A stretch of 64,000 bases of DNA from Caldisericota bacterium (GTDB lineage Bacteria > Caldisericota > Caldisericia > JAAYUI01). The DNA lies in NCBI GenBank assembly GCA_029548865.1, contig JAKPMO010000004.1, positions 172,747 through 236,746 of the forward strand, given 5' to 3'. The notes below the pieces were generated by a model. The model saw nothing but the letters and a program-made list of their open reading frames with translations. It ran no database searches and was not told where the DNA came from. This document shows positions 30,595 to 39,376 of the stretch, piece after piece. The first letter of the stretch is position 1. Every line of letters starts with the position of its first letter. Both the position numbers and the translations under genes were made by a program.

Positions 30595-31616
30595 CTGACA
30601 CCTCCGAACTGGGAAAGGAACCTGAGGTCATTTGTGGTGAAGTCCCTTATGTCGCTGATGCCAAATTTCAGCATTGCTATCCTCTCGATTCCCCAGCCAA
30701 AAGCGAAGCCCTGATATTCTTCCGGATCGTAGCCAACATTTTTCAGTACCTTCGGGTTCACCATTCCGGATCCGCCCATTTCAATCCAGCCACTGTTCTG
30801 GCAGACCCTGCACCCCTTTCCATCACAGAATGGGCACGAAGCCAGAGTCTCTGCGCCAGGTTCGACGAACGGGAAAAACGATGGAAGGAATTTTACCTTT
30901 ACGTTGCCACCAAAAACGTTTGAAAGGATGATAGACAATATCCCTGCGAGATCAGAAAAAGAGATGTGACGGTCAATCATCAGACCCTCGACCTGATGAA
31001 AAAATGGCGAGTGGGAGGCATCCGTTGCGTCCCTGCGATGACAGAGCCCCATGGCAATCATCCTTATTGGCGGTTTTTCGCTCTCCATTGTCCTTATCTG
31101 GACAGGTGAGGTGTGGGTCCTCAGGAGCCTGTTGCCTTCAATATAGAATGTGTCCTGCATGGCCCTTGCCGGGTGCCATTGCGGAATGTTCAGGGCCTCA
31201 AAATTGTACCAGTCAGATTCGATTATTGGCCCCTGCCTCACGACAAAACCAAGTTTGTGGAACACTTCGGTTATGTCTTCGGCAACAATGGACAGGGGGT
31301 GCATGGCGCCCTTCATTACGGGCCTGCCTGGCATTGTAATGTCTATCTTTTCTGCAAAAAGCTTCTCCTGCATCTCTTTTCTTGATATGTCGGAGAGTCT
31401 GGATTCAATTTTTGCTTCGATCTCTTCCTTGGCGCTGTTGAGGTTTGCGCCGGCAGATTTTCTTTCTTCTGGAGAGAGGTTGCCAAGCTCCCTGAGGAGT
31501 GAGGTCAGCTCGCCCTTTCTGCCAAGGAACCTTACCCTTATATCTTCAAGCTCTTTGGAGCTTTTTGACTGCTCAACGAGATTTAACGCTTCCTGCTTTA
31601 TCTTTTCTATGTCCAC
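30591..31616 (-). CDS. pheS: Phenylalanine-tRNA ligase alpha subunit
   Basis: HPARAMQDTFY, LLRTHTSPVQ, FPFVEP, GFAFGWGIER; GTG start behind GGAGG. Confidence 0.97.
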   Translation of the reverse strand: MDIEKIKQEALNLVEQSKSSKELEDIRVRFLGRKGELTSLLRELGNLSPEERKSAGANLNSAKEEIEAKIESRLSDISRKEMQEKLFAEKIDITMPGRPVMKGAMHPLSIVAEDITEVFHKLGFVVRQGPIIESDWYNFEALNIPQWHPARAMQDTFYIEGNRLLRTHTSPVQIRTMESEKPPIRMIAMGLCHRRDATDASHSPFFHQVEGLMIDRHISFSDLAGILSIILSNVFGGNVKVKFLPSFFPFVEPGAETLASCPFCDGKGCRVCQNSGWIEMGGSGMVNPKVLKNVGYDPEEYQGFAFGWGIERIAMLKFGISDIRDFTTNDLRFLSQFGGVR

Positions 31617-32994
31617 GCCTTGCCTCCGAGAAGTATCGGGCCGTGAAGCAACCATAATCTGGCCCCATCAAGTTTCCTTTTGCAACTGCCCTTGCTCTGC
31701 ATCCCCCGCAATCTATGGAATGTGCGCATTCGCCACAAAAACCGGTCAGCTTTGTCCTGTCCCACATGACATTAAAGCCCTTCCAGGCCTCCTTGAAGCT
31801 CTGTCTTGTGAGATTTCCAACCACCGGATCAAATGGCGAGAACATGCATGGGGTCAAGTCGCCGTTTGGCTGTATGTTGCAGTAGAGCCTTCCCGCAGGG
31901 CAGCCCCCAAGGATGTCCTTGAACGCCCTGAAGAATTTTCTGGAAGGCCCCATGTCAAAGAATGCCGTTATCGGGAAACAGTTTGAGGCAGGAAGTTTTT
32001 GCTGGCAGTCCCCGCCAATCATGGATGTCTCAGTTGCATAGTGGGGTGTTTCAGACATTATCTCGATGTCCGGGTCCTGCATTCTGGCCAGTTTTTCCAT
32101 GGCCTCGGCGCGGGCTTTTGGCGTAAGATCGAGGTCTGATATCTCTTCACCCCTTCCAACGGGTATGAGATGGTAGAAAACAATCCTGTTGAAAGAGTGC
32201 TTTTTTGCTAGCGCAACAAAATCATCTATGAGCCCAATATTGTTTGAGGTGAGGGTCACGCCCATTGAAACAAAGAGCCCTGCTTTCTTCATCGCCTTCA
32301 CGCCTCGCATGGAAAGGTCGAATGCGCCCTTCATGCACCTGAATTCATCGTGCTTTTCAGGGAATGGTGAATCAATCGAGACTTGGGCAGACCTTAAACC
32401 TGCTTTGAAGAGCTTTTCAGCAACGCTGTCATCAATAAGGGTGCCATTTGTGTCTATTGAGCAGTAGATTCTGTTTTCTGTGGCATATCTGACACAGTCC
32501 CAGAAATCTGGCGAGAGGAGCGGCTCTCCACCGGAGAATGTTATGGCCGCTGTTCCAAGATCGGCCATCTGCTTGATAATGGAGAATTTTTGCTCTTTTG
32601 TCATAAGGTCGCCAAGCGAGGAGTCTGCGCTCTGGAAGCAGTGGACGCACCTCAAGTTGCACTTGTTTGTCAGATTGTAGACCACCGAAAATGGCGCAGA
32701 AAGAACAATCGGTTTTTTGAGGCCATATTCGATGACGCTTTTTACAACAAGATCGAAGCAACGTGCAATCCCTGGATCGGAAAGAGTTTTCTTTACTTCA
32801 CTCCATGACACTCCAAGGGAGGCCATGTAGGACCTCATGATCGCCGAGAAAGCCCAGACATAAGCTTTCTGGAGTCCTTTCGGTTTTCTTCTTCCGCCAA
32901 TGCTGTCGATGGCAAGCTTTGAAAGAGGATAGCTTGCCCTGAGGATAGACCTGGCAAAACCACTAGAAACAAATGTTGATGCAATGCTTGACAT
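31573..32994 (-). CDS. Radical SAM protein with SPASM domain
   Basis: CNLRCVHC (CX3CX2C), SGGEP; SPASM CPAG..GDLTPC..CGECAHSIDCGGCRARA..C; start placed at MSSIA. Confidence 0.9.
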   Translation of the reverse strand: MSSIASTFVSSGFARSILRASYPLSKLAIDSIGGRRKPKGLQKAYVWAFSAIMRSYMASLGVSWSEVKKTLSDPGIARCFDLVVKSVIEYGLKKPIVLSAPFSVVYNLTNKCNLRCVHCFQSADSSLGDLMTKEQKFSIIKQMADLGTAAITFSGGEPLLSPDFWDCVRYATENRIYCSIDTNGTLIDDSVAEKLFKAGLRSAQVSIDSPFPEKHDEFRCMKGAFDLSMRGVKAMKKAGLFVSMGVTLTSNNIGLIDDFVALAKKHSFNRIVFYHLIPVGRGEEISDLDLTPKARAEAMEKLARMQDPDIEIMSETPHYATETSMIGGDCQQKLPASNCFPITAFFDMGPSRKFFRAFKDILGGCPAGRLYCNIQPNGDLTPCMFSPFDPVVGNLTRQSFKEAWKGFNVMWDRTKLTGFCGECAHSIDCGGCRARAVAKGNLMGPDYGCFTARYFSEARRGHRKDKAGSVKSR

Positions 32995-33052
32995 ATTCCA
33001 AAGAATTATAATAGGGCGTCGATAAAATGAAAGGACAAAACGAGGTCGGGGC

Positions 33053-33081
33053 TTGACTATGAAAAAAGAATCGCATAAGAT
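33053..33081 (+). promoter_or_regulatory. Sigma70-type promoter of roadblock operon
   Basis: TTGACT-17nt-TAAGAT. Confidence 0.55.
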
Positions 33082-33112
33082 GTGCGATATCACCAATATG
33101 AAGGAGGACAAA

Positions 33113-33475
33113 GTGGAACTGGACACAATTCTTGAAGGATTGAAGGACGAGCTCCCCGAATTCGTTGCTGCGGCCGTTGCAGGTAGTGATGGCCTGACAA
33201 TCTCGACCCTCGCAAAAGATAGCTCGGTTGACATGAGTATGGTAGGGGCCGAATTTGCCTCGATTGTCTCGATGGTTTCAAAGGCAGGGAGAGAAATAAA
33301 CGCAGGGAAGCTTCACAGTTCAATCTTCTCGACAGAAAATTATCACATCCTGACTTCACAAATTGGTGAAACTCCATTCTTCCAGATAGTCTGCCTCAAA
33401 TCCGATGGGAACATTGGAAAAGCAAGATATTTAATGGGAAAGGTTGAGGCTAGAATCAAGGAAGCAATTCTATGA
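33113..33475 (+). CDS. Roadblock/LC7 (MglB-like) protein
   Basis: AAAVAGSDGLTI, GNIGKAR; GTG start behind AAGGAGG. Confidence 0.85.
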   Translation: MELDTILEGLKDELPEFVAAAVAGSDGLTISTLAKDSSVDMSMVGAEFASIVSMVSKAGREINAGKLHSSIFSTENYHILTSQIGETPFFQIVCLKSDGNIGKARYLMGKVEARIKEAIL

Positions 33476-34722
33476 GTGAGATAAACGGGCTACTGTCAGA
33501 GGCTTTTTCAAAGATTCAGTATTGCGACAAGATACTTGTAGCATCATCAGACGGCCTCATTATAACGGCATACCCTGACTACAATCCGGACAAAAACGAT
33601 TCCCTCGCTGCATCATCAACATCTGTCCTTGGGCTTACCGCTGCAACATCCGAGCTTGCTGGAAAAGGTGATGCCGAGTACGTCCTCATAAGGTCAAACA
33701 ACGGCTTCATGATGACACTGGGTCAACAGAATTTCTCTGTGCTTGTAATGGCCGGGCAAAAAGCAAACCTCGGCATGCTCCTGCTTCAGGGGCAGAAACT
33801 TGTTGAAAAGCTCAGTGGTATAATTGATGAACACATTGCACCAAAAAAACTTGAACACCCAAGAATTTATGCCAGAGAGCTTGGCACCATTGAAACTGAG
33901 AGTGTTGAAGAAATACACCCTGAAGAGGTTTCTTACACTTCCACAAAATCCAGGGATTCACAGCCTGAATCAGAATCTCCCGAACAGGGCATAGGCATAC
34001 CTGCCTTTTCAAAACCGTTTTCTGATTATTCCAAAGAACCTGGCGACAGCTTTTTGGCCGGTTCACAGGGTTATGAAGAAGAACCCATCGCCATAGAACC
34101 CAATTTCAAACCAAAAATGGAAGATGTGCAGGATGTCTTGCAACAACCTGTCGAGGAAATTACCTGTCATGAAGAGTGCAACGAATGCGAAGAATGCGAA
34201 GAACCGGATGAATCGGAGCACTTCCTGACAGAACCCGAGGAGATAAAAGCAAAATTCTGGCCGGAAGAGCCAACCAGAATTGATGAACATCCAGAACACA
34301 CTCCAGATATTGAAATTGAGGAAAAATCCTCGGAGAGCATTTATTCTGACCGGGATCTCCAGGCGCCAGAAGAAAATCCAACAGAGCCAATGGAAGAGCC
34401 GATAATAGAACCAACGGAGGAGAATCCAGAAGAAACGCACGAAAACATGACAACATCTCCAATCGTTGACCTCGTTCTGCCTAAAGGCATTTACATAAAC
34501 GATGTAGTCTTATACTCGAATAAACAGGGGCTGGAAAACCTGGTTGTCCATAAAGAAGAGGAACAGTCCACACAACAAGAAGATCAACAACAGGAAGAAG
34601 AACAAAAACCTCCTGAAGCCATGCCATGGTTTAACTTTAATAATAATGGCGAGAACAAGACTCAAAACCCGGAAGAAGACGAAAAGCCCCAAAAAGAAGG
34701 AGACCTGTTCGATTCTTACTGA
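33472..34722 (+). CDS. Roadblock/LC7 domain protein with long acidic disordered tail
   Basis: LVASSDGLII..SLAA..ANLGMLL in first ~120 aa; E/P-rich remainder. Confidence 0.85.
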   Translation: MSEINGLLSEAFSKIQYCDKILVASSDGLIITAYPDYNPDKNDSLAASSTSVLGLTAATSELAGKGDAEYVLIRSNNGFMMTLGQQNFSVLVMAGQKANLGMLLLQGQKLVEKLSGIIDEHIAPKKLEHPRIYARELGTIETESVEEIHPEEVSYTSTKSRDSQPESESPEQGIGIPAFSKPFSDYSKEPGDSFLAGSQGYEEEPIAIEPNFKPKMEDVQDVLQQPVEEITCHEECNECEECEEPDESEHFLTEPEEIKAKFWPEEPTRIDEHPEHTPDIEIEEKSSESIYSDRDLQAPEENPTEPMEEPIIEPTEENPEETHENMTTSPIVDLVLPKGIYINDVVLYSNKQGLENLVVHKEEEQSTQQEDQQQEEEQKPPEAMPWFNFNNNGENKTQNPEEDEKPQKEGDLFDSY

Positions 34723-35434
34723 TCAAGTCAAAACAAGACTGAACAGGTATATTGCGTCTTCGGGCCTGTGTTCGAGAAGAAATGCCGACCAGCTCATATT
34801 GGCTGGTCGGGTTTTTGTTGACGGGACTCTTGAAACAAACCCTGGAACAATGGTCACTTTACAAAATATTGTAAAGGTTGATGGAAAAATCATAAAGCCA
34901 GTCGAGGAAAAGGTCTACATTGCCCTGAACAAACCAAAGCTTGTGATCACAAGCAAAAGTGACGAGCAGGGAAGAAATACTGTAATGGACTTTCTTCCGG
35001 AAAAATTCCTTCACCTTAATCCTGTCGGAAGGCTTGATTTTGATTCAAGCGGCCTCGTAATAATGACAAACGATGGCGAACTGGCCAATTTCCTGACCCA
35101 TCCCAAATTCAGCTTTCCAAAAACCTATCAGGTCAGGGCAAACCCTCCCTTCGAAAGGGAAGACGTTGATGCAATTCTTAGTGGTGTGCAGATCGCAGAA
35201 GACGTTTGGGTGAGGGCCGACAAGGCAATCCTGTCCGGCGAGGTGCTCACATTGACCATCCACGAGGGCAAGTACCATCATATCAAAAGAATGGCAGAAT
35301 CACTTGGCAAAAAAGTATGTTTCCTCCGGAGAGTAGCCATTGGTCCCGTAAAGATTGATGGATTATTGTCCGGACAATGGAGAATGTTAACAGATAAAGA
35401 ACTTTTAGCGTTGCTGGAAAAAACAGGGAGATAA
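34712..35434 (+). CDS. rluB: rRNA pseudouridine synthase (RluB/RsuA family); start uncertain
   Basis: RLNRYIASSGLCSRR (S4), NKP, VGRLDFDSSG, HEGKYH. Confidence 0.85.
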   Translation: MLTDQVKTRLNRYIASSGLCSRRNADQLILAGRVFVDGTLETNPGTMVTLQNIVKVDGKIIKPVEEKVYIALNKPKLVITSKSDEQGRNTVMDFLPEKFLHLNPVGRLDFDSSGLVIMTNDGELANFLTHPKFSFPKTYQVRANPPFEREDVDAILSGVQIAEDVWVRADKAILSGEVLTLTIHEGKYHHIKRMAESLGKKVCFLRRVAIGPVKIDGLLSGQWRMLTDKELLALLEKTGR

Positions 35435-35573
35435 TTTGGAACGCCCAGAAAGACTCCCTTAAAAAGAGAGAGTCTTGACATCCCCGCTTTATTCGCTTTA
35501 ATGGTTTTTCGATGGTTAACACCATCGTCTGGTTTTAAAACACCTATCATATAGGAGACATGCACGGTCGTAC

Positions 35574-35647
35574 GGGACCATAGCTCAGTCGGTCAGAGCA
35601 GCTGGCTCATAACCAGCGGGTCGTAGGTTCGAGTCCTACTGGTCCCA
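35574..35647 (+). tRNA. tRNA with CAT anticodon, probably tRNA-Ile2 (CCA not encoded)
   Basis: GGGACCA..TGGTCCC-A acceptor stem, GCTGG-CTCATAA-CCAGC anticodon arm, GGTTCGAGTCC; resembles Ile2 more than Met. Confidence 0.9.
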
Positions 35648-35661
35648 GACTCCAAGAAAAC

Positions 35662-36375
35662 ATGCAAGGATTTTCCGAACTCGTCCAACTGTCTTTGATT
35701 GATTGGCAAATCCGGTCCACCCAGAACGAAATAGACACACTTGATGACGGAAGGGCCTGCAAAAAAGAATTGGAAGTTATCAATCAGAAACTTTCCCTGG
35801 CACTAGCAAAGAAGAAACAAATATCGTCGCTGCTTGATGATTTGAAATTCAAATATGACAAGGCCCTGGCCGAAAAAAAGAAAATGGAGACCCAGCTCTT
35901 CTCGCAGGGTGTTTCGCCAAAAACAATATCTGAAATACAGACAAGGCTTGCATCCATAAACTCCCACATAGACGAAGTTGAAACAGGACAGCTCGAGGCA
36001 ATGGAAGCTTTTGAAAAAATCACTGCTTCCTGTGATAAACTGCAGGCAATGTCAGACCAGAAAACCCAGGAACTGGAAACTATAACCCAAAAATTCAAAA
36101 ATATGACCGTTAAAGGCCAGATTAAACTCAAAGAGCTTGGTCTGGAAAGAGATTCAATACGGAAAGTCATAGATCCTTCCCTTCTTACCAAGTATGACAG
36201 GCTTGCTGAACAAAAAATGGGCCTCGCAATGGTTGAAGTAATCAACAACCTTTGTACAGGTTGTCAGCAACCAATCTCCATTACACTGTGCGACTCGATA
36301 AAATCGGAACCGGAAGAAATCCACTATTGTAACAATTGCGGAAGGATGGTTTTTATCAGGAGGACCCAGATTTGA
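35662..36375 (+). CDS. Coiled-coil C4 zinc-ribbon protein (CT398/DUF164-like)
   Basis: Long coiled coil, CTGC..CNNCGR; upstream of RNase H. Confidence 0.85.
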   Translation: MQGFSELVQLSLIDWQIRSTQNEIDTLDDGRACKKELEVINQKLSLALAKKKQISSLLDDLKFKYDKALAEKKKMETQLFSQGVSPKTISEIQTRLASINSHIDEVETGQLEAMEAFEKITASCDKLQAMSDQKTQELETITQKFKNMTVKGQIKLKELGLERDSIRKVIDPSLLTKYDRLAEQKMGLAMVEVINNLCTGCQQPISITLCDSIKSEPEEIHYCNNCGRMVFIRRTQI

Positions 36376-36791
36376 AAAAAGTGGAAGTTTTTACTGATGG
36401 GGCATCGAGAGGCAATCCAGGAAAGGCTTCGTTCGGGGTTGTAATTACTGTGGATGGGGACACTGTCATTGAAGAATCACACGAAATAGGTATCAAAACA
36501 AACAATACCGCTGAATACGCCGGGCTCATTTTTGCACTGTCGATGCTTCTGGCGCTAAAACTGGAAAAGGAACAGATAACATTAAATTCAGATTCTGAAT
36601 TCATGGTCAAACAGATACACGGCCAGTACAGGCTTAAAAAAGAAGAACTGGCCGAATATTACCTGGTTGCGAAAAACCTCTTGATGAGGTTTCCAAAAAT
36701 AGAGATCAAACACGTTAAACGTGAGAAAAACGCCAAGGCTGACAAACTTGCCAACCTGGCGCTTGATGAAGGAGGACTATGGAAGATTTAG
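36372..36791 (+). CDS. rnhA: Ribonuclease HI
   Basis: FTDGASRGNPG, TNNTAEY, SDSE, REKNAKADKLAN. Confidence 0.93.
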   Translation: MKKVEVFTDGASRGNPGKASFGVVITVDGDTVIEESHEIGIKTNNTAEYAGLIFALSMLLALKLEKEQITLNSDSEFMVKQIHGQYRLKKEELAEYYLVAKNLLMRFPKIEIKHVKREKNAKADKLANLALDEGGLWKI

Positions 36792-38326
36792 TTAGAGTAT
36801 ATACAGCCGAAGAGCTTGAGGACAAAACTGCAAGACAACTTTATGACATTTGCAAGGCCCTCAAAATCAAGAACTACACGAGCTTCAAAAAAGACGATCT
36901 TATAAACGAGATCGTTCTTGTCTCAAGAGGCGAGAAAGTCATAGTCCGCAAAAAAAGAGGCAGAAAATCCAAAGCAGAACTCGAAGCGATGAGAAAAGCT
37001 GCTGAACAGGCATCAAAAACCGAAGTCAAGAAAGAAACGCTTTTTACGCCGACCCAACAGCCAGAAAAAAAATACGAATACAAGACACAGGAACAAACAT
37101 ACAAAACCAGCGAACAGTCGCAGTATCGTAAACCTGAATACAGCCAAACTTTTTCGAGCGAACCACAAAGCGAAACACCGCCAAGGGGCGACCAGTCAAT
37201 GGGCCAGGGCGGCGGAGTTCTGGAGATACATCCTGATGGGTATGGTTTCCTCAGGCTCAACTACGTGCCAAACCCCAAGGATATTTACCTTGCACCTTCA
37301 CAAATAAGGCGTTTTGGTCTCAGGAATGGTGATTTTGTAGAAGGCTCTGTAAGATACCCAACAAAACCCGGCGAGAAATATGCTGCAATGTTAAAGCTTG
37401 ACTCGGTAAACGGGATGGACCCCGAATACATACGCAACAGACCCCATTTTGAAAACCTCATTCCGATTTTTCCTGATGAGAGGATAAAGCTGGAGCTCAG
37501 GGGCGTAAACGACACCACACTTAGACTCATCGAGTTGACTTCCCCGATAGGCAAGGGCCAGCGTGGCATGATAGTTTCACCACCAAAAGTTGGAAAAACC
37601 ACCATCATCAAAAAGATTGCGAAAGCAATCTCGATTAACAGTCCCGATACCGTCCTCATGATCCTCCTTGTTGACGAGCGTCCAGAGGAAGTAACAGACA
37701 TGCAAAGGTCCGTAAGGGCACAGATCATATCATCAACCTTCGACCAGCTCCCGGAAAACCACATCAGGGTCGTCGAGCTTGCAATTGAAAGGGCAAAACG
37801 CCTTGTCGAAATGAAGAAGGATGTTGTTGTCCTCATGGATGGTATTACAAGGCTAACAAGGGCGTACAACCTTGTCATGAGCCCAACTGGAAGGACGCTC
37901 ACCGGTGGACTTGATACGTCAGCAATCCACGGACCAAAAAAGATCCTCGGAGCCGCAAGGAACATTGACAATGGTGGCTCACTGACCATCCTGGCCACAT
38001 GCCTTGTTGAAACCGGTTCAAAAATGGACGAGGTCATATACGAAGAATTCAAGGGTACAGGTAACATGGAGCTCGTCCTCGATCGAAAGCTTGCAGAAAG
38101 AGGCCTCTTCCCTGCCATAGACGTCAAGAGATCAGGAACAAGAAGAGATGAATTGCTTTATGGCGAAGAGGAAAGAAAGAGAATATGGAGCCTCAAGAGG
38201 TTCCTCTCCAACCTCGAAAATTATGAGGCGCTTGAAAAGATACTCAAGTGGCTCAGCGACACACACAACAACGAGCAGTTCCTCAGGAGCATAGTGCCGG
38301 AGGAGAACCCGAAGGGAAGGGTCTAA
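36779..38326 (+). CDS. rho: Transcription termination factor Rho with N-terminal insertion
   Basis: GYGFLR, PIGKGQRG, PPKVGKT, DERPEEVTD, EEFKGTGNME. Confidence 0.97.
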   Translation: MEDLVRVYTAEELEDKTARQLYDICKALKIKNYTSFKKDDLINEIVLVSRGEKVIVRKKRGRKSKAELEAMRKAAEQASKTEVKKETLFTPTQQPEKKYEYKTQEQTYKTSEQSQYRKPEYSQTFSSEPQSETPPRGDQSMGQGGGVLEIHPDGYGFLRLNYVPNPKDIYLAPSQIRRFGLRNGDFVEGSVRYPTKPGEKYAAMLKLDSVNGMDPEYIRNRPHFENLIPIFPDERIKLELRGVNDTTLRLIELTSPIGKGQRGMIVSPPKVGKTTIIKKIAKAISINSPDTVLMILLVDERPEEVTDMQRSVRAQIISSTFDQLPENHIRVVELAIERAKRLVEMKKDVVVLMDGITRLTRAYNLVMSPTGRTLTGGLDTSAIHGPKKILGAARNIDNGGSLTILATCLVETGSKMDEVIYEEFKGTGNMELVLDRKLAERGLFPAIDVKRSGTRRDELLYGEEERKRIWSLKRFLSNLENYEALEKILKWLSDTHNNEQFLRSIVPEENPKGRV

Positions 38327-39303
38327 AAAGGCCCTCTCCAGACAACTTGCCCTGACTGGGCCCCATTTGTACTCATTAGGGGTTGATTGTTAAACATCTC
38401 AAGCTCGCCGATTTTTCCACCAAGCAGGCGGACACAATTAGCAACAACACAATAAAATGGCTCATGGCCTTCGCCCGATTCCATCTTGAGGGCAAGGCCT
38501 TTTTTATTTGCCGAGATGCAATTGACTCCTTCTGCACCCGATTTGATGGCAAAATCGGGATTGTCTTTCATGGCAATAGTGTCGACCCTGTCAATGCCCG
38601 CAACAAGTTCCTGGTTCTTTGTCATCGCCTTAAACACCATTTTTGCAGGTTCCTGGAGATCGAGTGGTGCAGATTCCGGATTGGAAAATCTCGCAAAACC
38701 CTGAGCCATATTGACGAGCGGCACACCAAAAACTTGGACACCACAACCATCTATTGCCACAACGACATCTGAAACTGGCAAACCACACATGCCGGCCACA
38801 ATTTCAAGGGACAATTTCTGGATGGGGTGGGTCGGCTCAAGGTAGGTTTTTGTGTCCCAACCCATTTTTTTGCATACCGCCAGCATTGCGGAATGCTTGC
38901 CGGAACAATTGTGATTTAATTGGGAGAGTGGTTTACCATTCAGCTCTGCTTTTGCTGCAGCAGAGATTGGCTCATGAGTTCCACACAGGAGGTCTCTTTC
39001 TGACAAGCTAGCTTTCGAAAGTATCTCAAGGACAGCTTTGGTATGTTCGGCTTGTCCGTTGTGGGAACCACACGCTATGGCCAAATGTTCTAGTTCTAGT
39101 CCAAAATATTCATAAGTCCCAGTTAAAATGAGTGTCATTGCCTGAAAGGGTTTGGCCGAGCTCCTGAAATAGGTGATGTAATAGGGATTACCAAAGCTCT
39201 GGGCTATATTGCCAAAGCCATCCGCAACAACAATGTGCCCCCTGAAGATTGATTCATCCAGAGGCCCTCTTTTTTTGACGGCAAGTATGGGTGGACAGTT
39301 CAT
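38323..39303 (-). CDS. L-asparaginase II family protein
   Basis: RSSAKPFQA, HNCSGKH, IDGCG, KSGAEG. Confidence 0.88.
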   Translation of the reverse strand: MNCPPILAVKKRGPLDESIFRGHIVVADGFGNIAQSFGNPYYITYFRSSAKPFQAMTLILTGTYEYFGLELEHLAIACGSHNGQAEHTKAVLEILSKASLSERDLLCGTHEPISAAAKAELNGKPLSQLNHNCSGKHSAMLAVCKKMGWDTKTYLEPTHPIQKLSLEIVAGMCGLPVSDVVVAIDGCGVQVFGVPLVNMAQGFARFSNPESAPLDLQEPAKMVFKAMTKNQELVAGIDRVDTIAMKDNPDFAIKSGAEGVNCISANKKGLALKMESGEGHEPFYCVVANCVRLLGGKIGELEMFNNQPLMSTNGAQSGQVVWRGPF

Positions 39304-39376
39304 GATGTAGAGTCTATATCACGCCATAACAGCTTCAAGATTGACCGTTTTCTTTTGCTTTCCTATACTTTTACAC
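39304..39376. promoter_or_regulatory. Back-to-back promoters, each -10 box 7 nt from an ATG (leaderless)
   Basis: Minus: TTGAAG-16-TAGACT-7-ATG(39303). Plus: TTGACC-17-TATACT-7-ATG(39377). Confidence 0.65.

Noticed and set aside
35449..35570. Riboswitch or ncRNA upstream of tRNA-Ile2
   Set aside because: Short hairpins and a TTGACA promoter fit a terminator plus tRNA leader; no recognisable aptamer
37285..38127. Long antisense ORFs (also 31150-31986 and 46695-47486)
   Set aside because: They lie opposite conserved genes (rho, pheS/radical SAM, secA) and lack their own signals
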